Made by a program: the position numbers and the translations under genes. The notes under the pieces were generated by a model that worked only from the letters and a program-made list of their open reading frames with translations, was not told where the DNA came from and ran no database searches. DNA of 64,000 nt from Eledone cirrhosa (lineage: Eukaryota), in contig OZ024752.1 in assembly GCA_964016885.1 (NCBI GenBank), forward strand, positions 32,674,001-32,738,000. The letters are read 5' to 3'. Below are positions 63,719-64,000 of this stretch, in pieces. Within the stretch, counting starts at the first letter, position 1, and each line of letters starts with the position of its first letter.

Positions 63719-64000
63719 GGAGGCGCATGGCTTAGTGGTTAGAGCATTGGCCTTGCAATCGAAAGGTTGTGAGTTCAATTCTCAGACAGGGTGATGTGTT
63801 GTTTCCTTGAGCAAGACACTTTATTTCACATTGATCCAGTTTACTCAGCTGTAGAAATGAGATGATAGGGACTGGAGTCCCTATCATTCCACTACAAAGT
63901 GGACGTGGAGGTGCCACGGCAAAAAAGCACCCAGCACTCACTGTAAATGAGGTTGGTGTTAGGAAGGTCATCAAGCCAGAATCAGTTCCCGTCCCACCCT
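63719..64000 (+). mobile_element. tRNA-derived SINE family B (CORE-like domain), representative copy
   Basis: A box TGGCTTAGTGG, B box GTTCAATTC, then CCTTGAGCAAGACACTTTATTTCAC. Copies at about 33190(-), 34165, 34540, 35560, 40830(-), 47450(-), 49878, 53513, 53945(-), 59950(-) and 61198, with differing 3' halves. Confidence 0.85.

Noticed and set aside
63719-63795. tRNA gene-like sequence (also at 34165, 53513 and other SINE heads)
   Set aside because: A and B boxes run directly into SINE body sequence, copies are dispersed and diverged, and there is no clean acceptor stem.

Overview
AT-rich, repeat-dense animal genomic DNA. The SINE families, microsatellite load and intron sizes suggest a coleoid cephalopod such as Octopus, but this is inference. 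The main feature is one complete + strand retinoblastoma-like pocket-protein gene (RBL1/p107-RBL2/p130 type). I reconstructed it by hand as 24 GT-AG coding exons from ATG 19332 to TAG 62711, giving 3246 nt and 1081 aa with all intron phases consistent. Upstream lie a probable terminal coding exon of another gene, a decayed hAT transposon with TIRs and an 8-bp TSD, a 5'-truncated RTE-type LINE with an 11-bp TSD, and several minisatellites. The introns carry tRNA-derived SINEs, TTAA- and TA-flanked MITEs, Helentron-like elements and many minisatellites. Two things stand out. First, there are several type I hammerhead-ribozyme folds of different sequence families, including sense-strand ones in the last RBL intron (62229-62299) and about 240 nt after the stop codon (62951-63001). 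Second, some intronic minisatellites are tandem amplifications of the gene's own splice sites: about 17 decoy acceptors before exon 19 and donor copies after exon 13. Nearly all long ORFs in the supplied track are repeat artefacts. No ribozyme activity or splicing effect can be shown from sequence alone.
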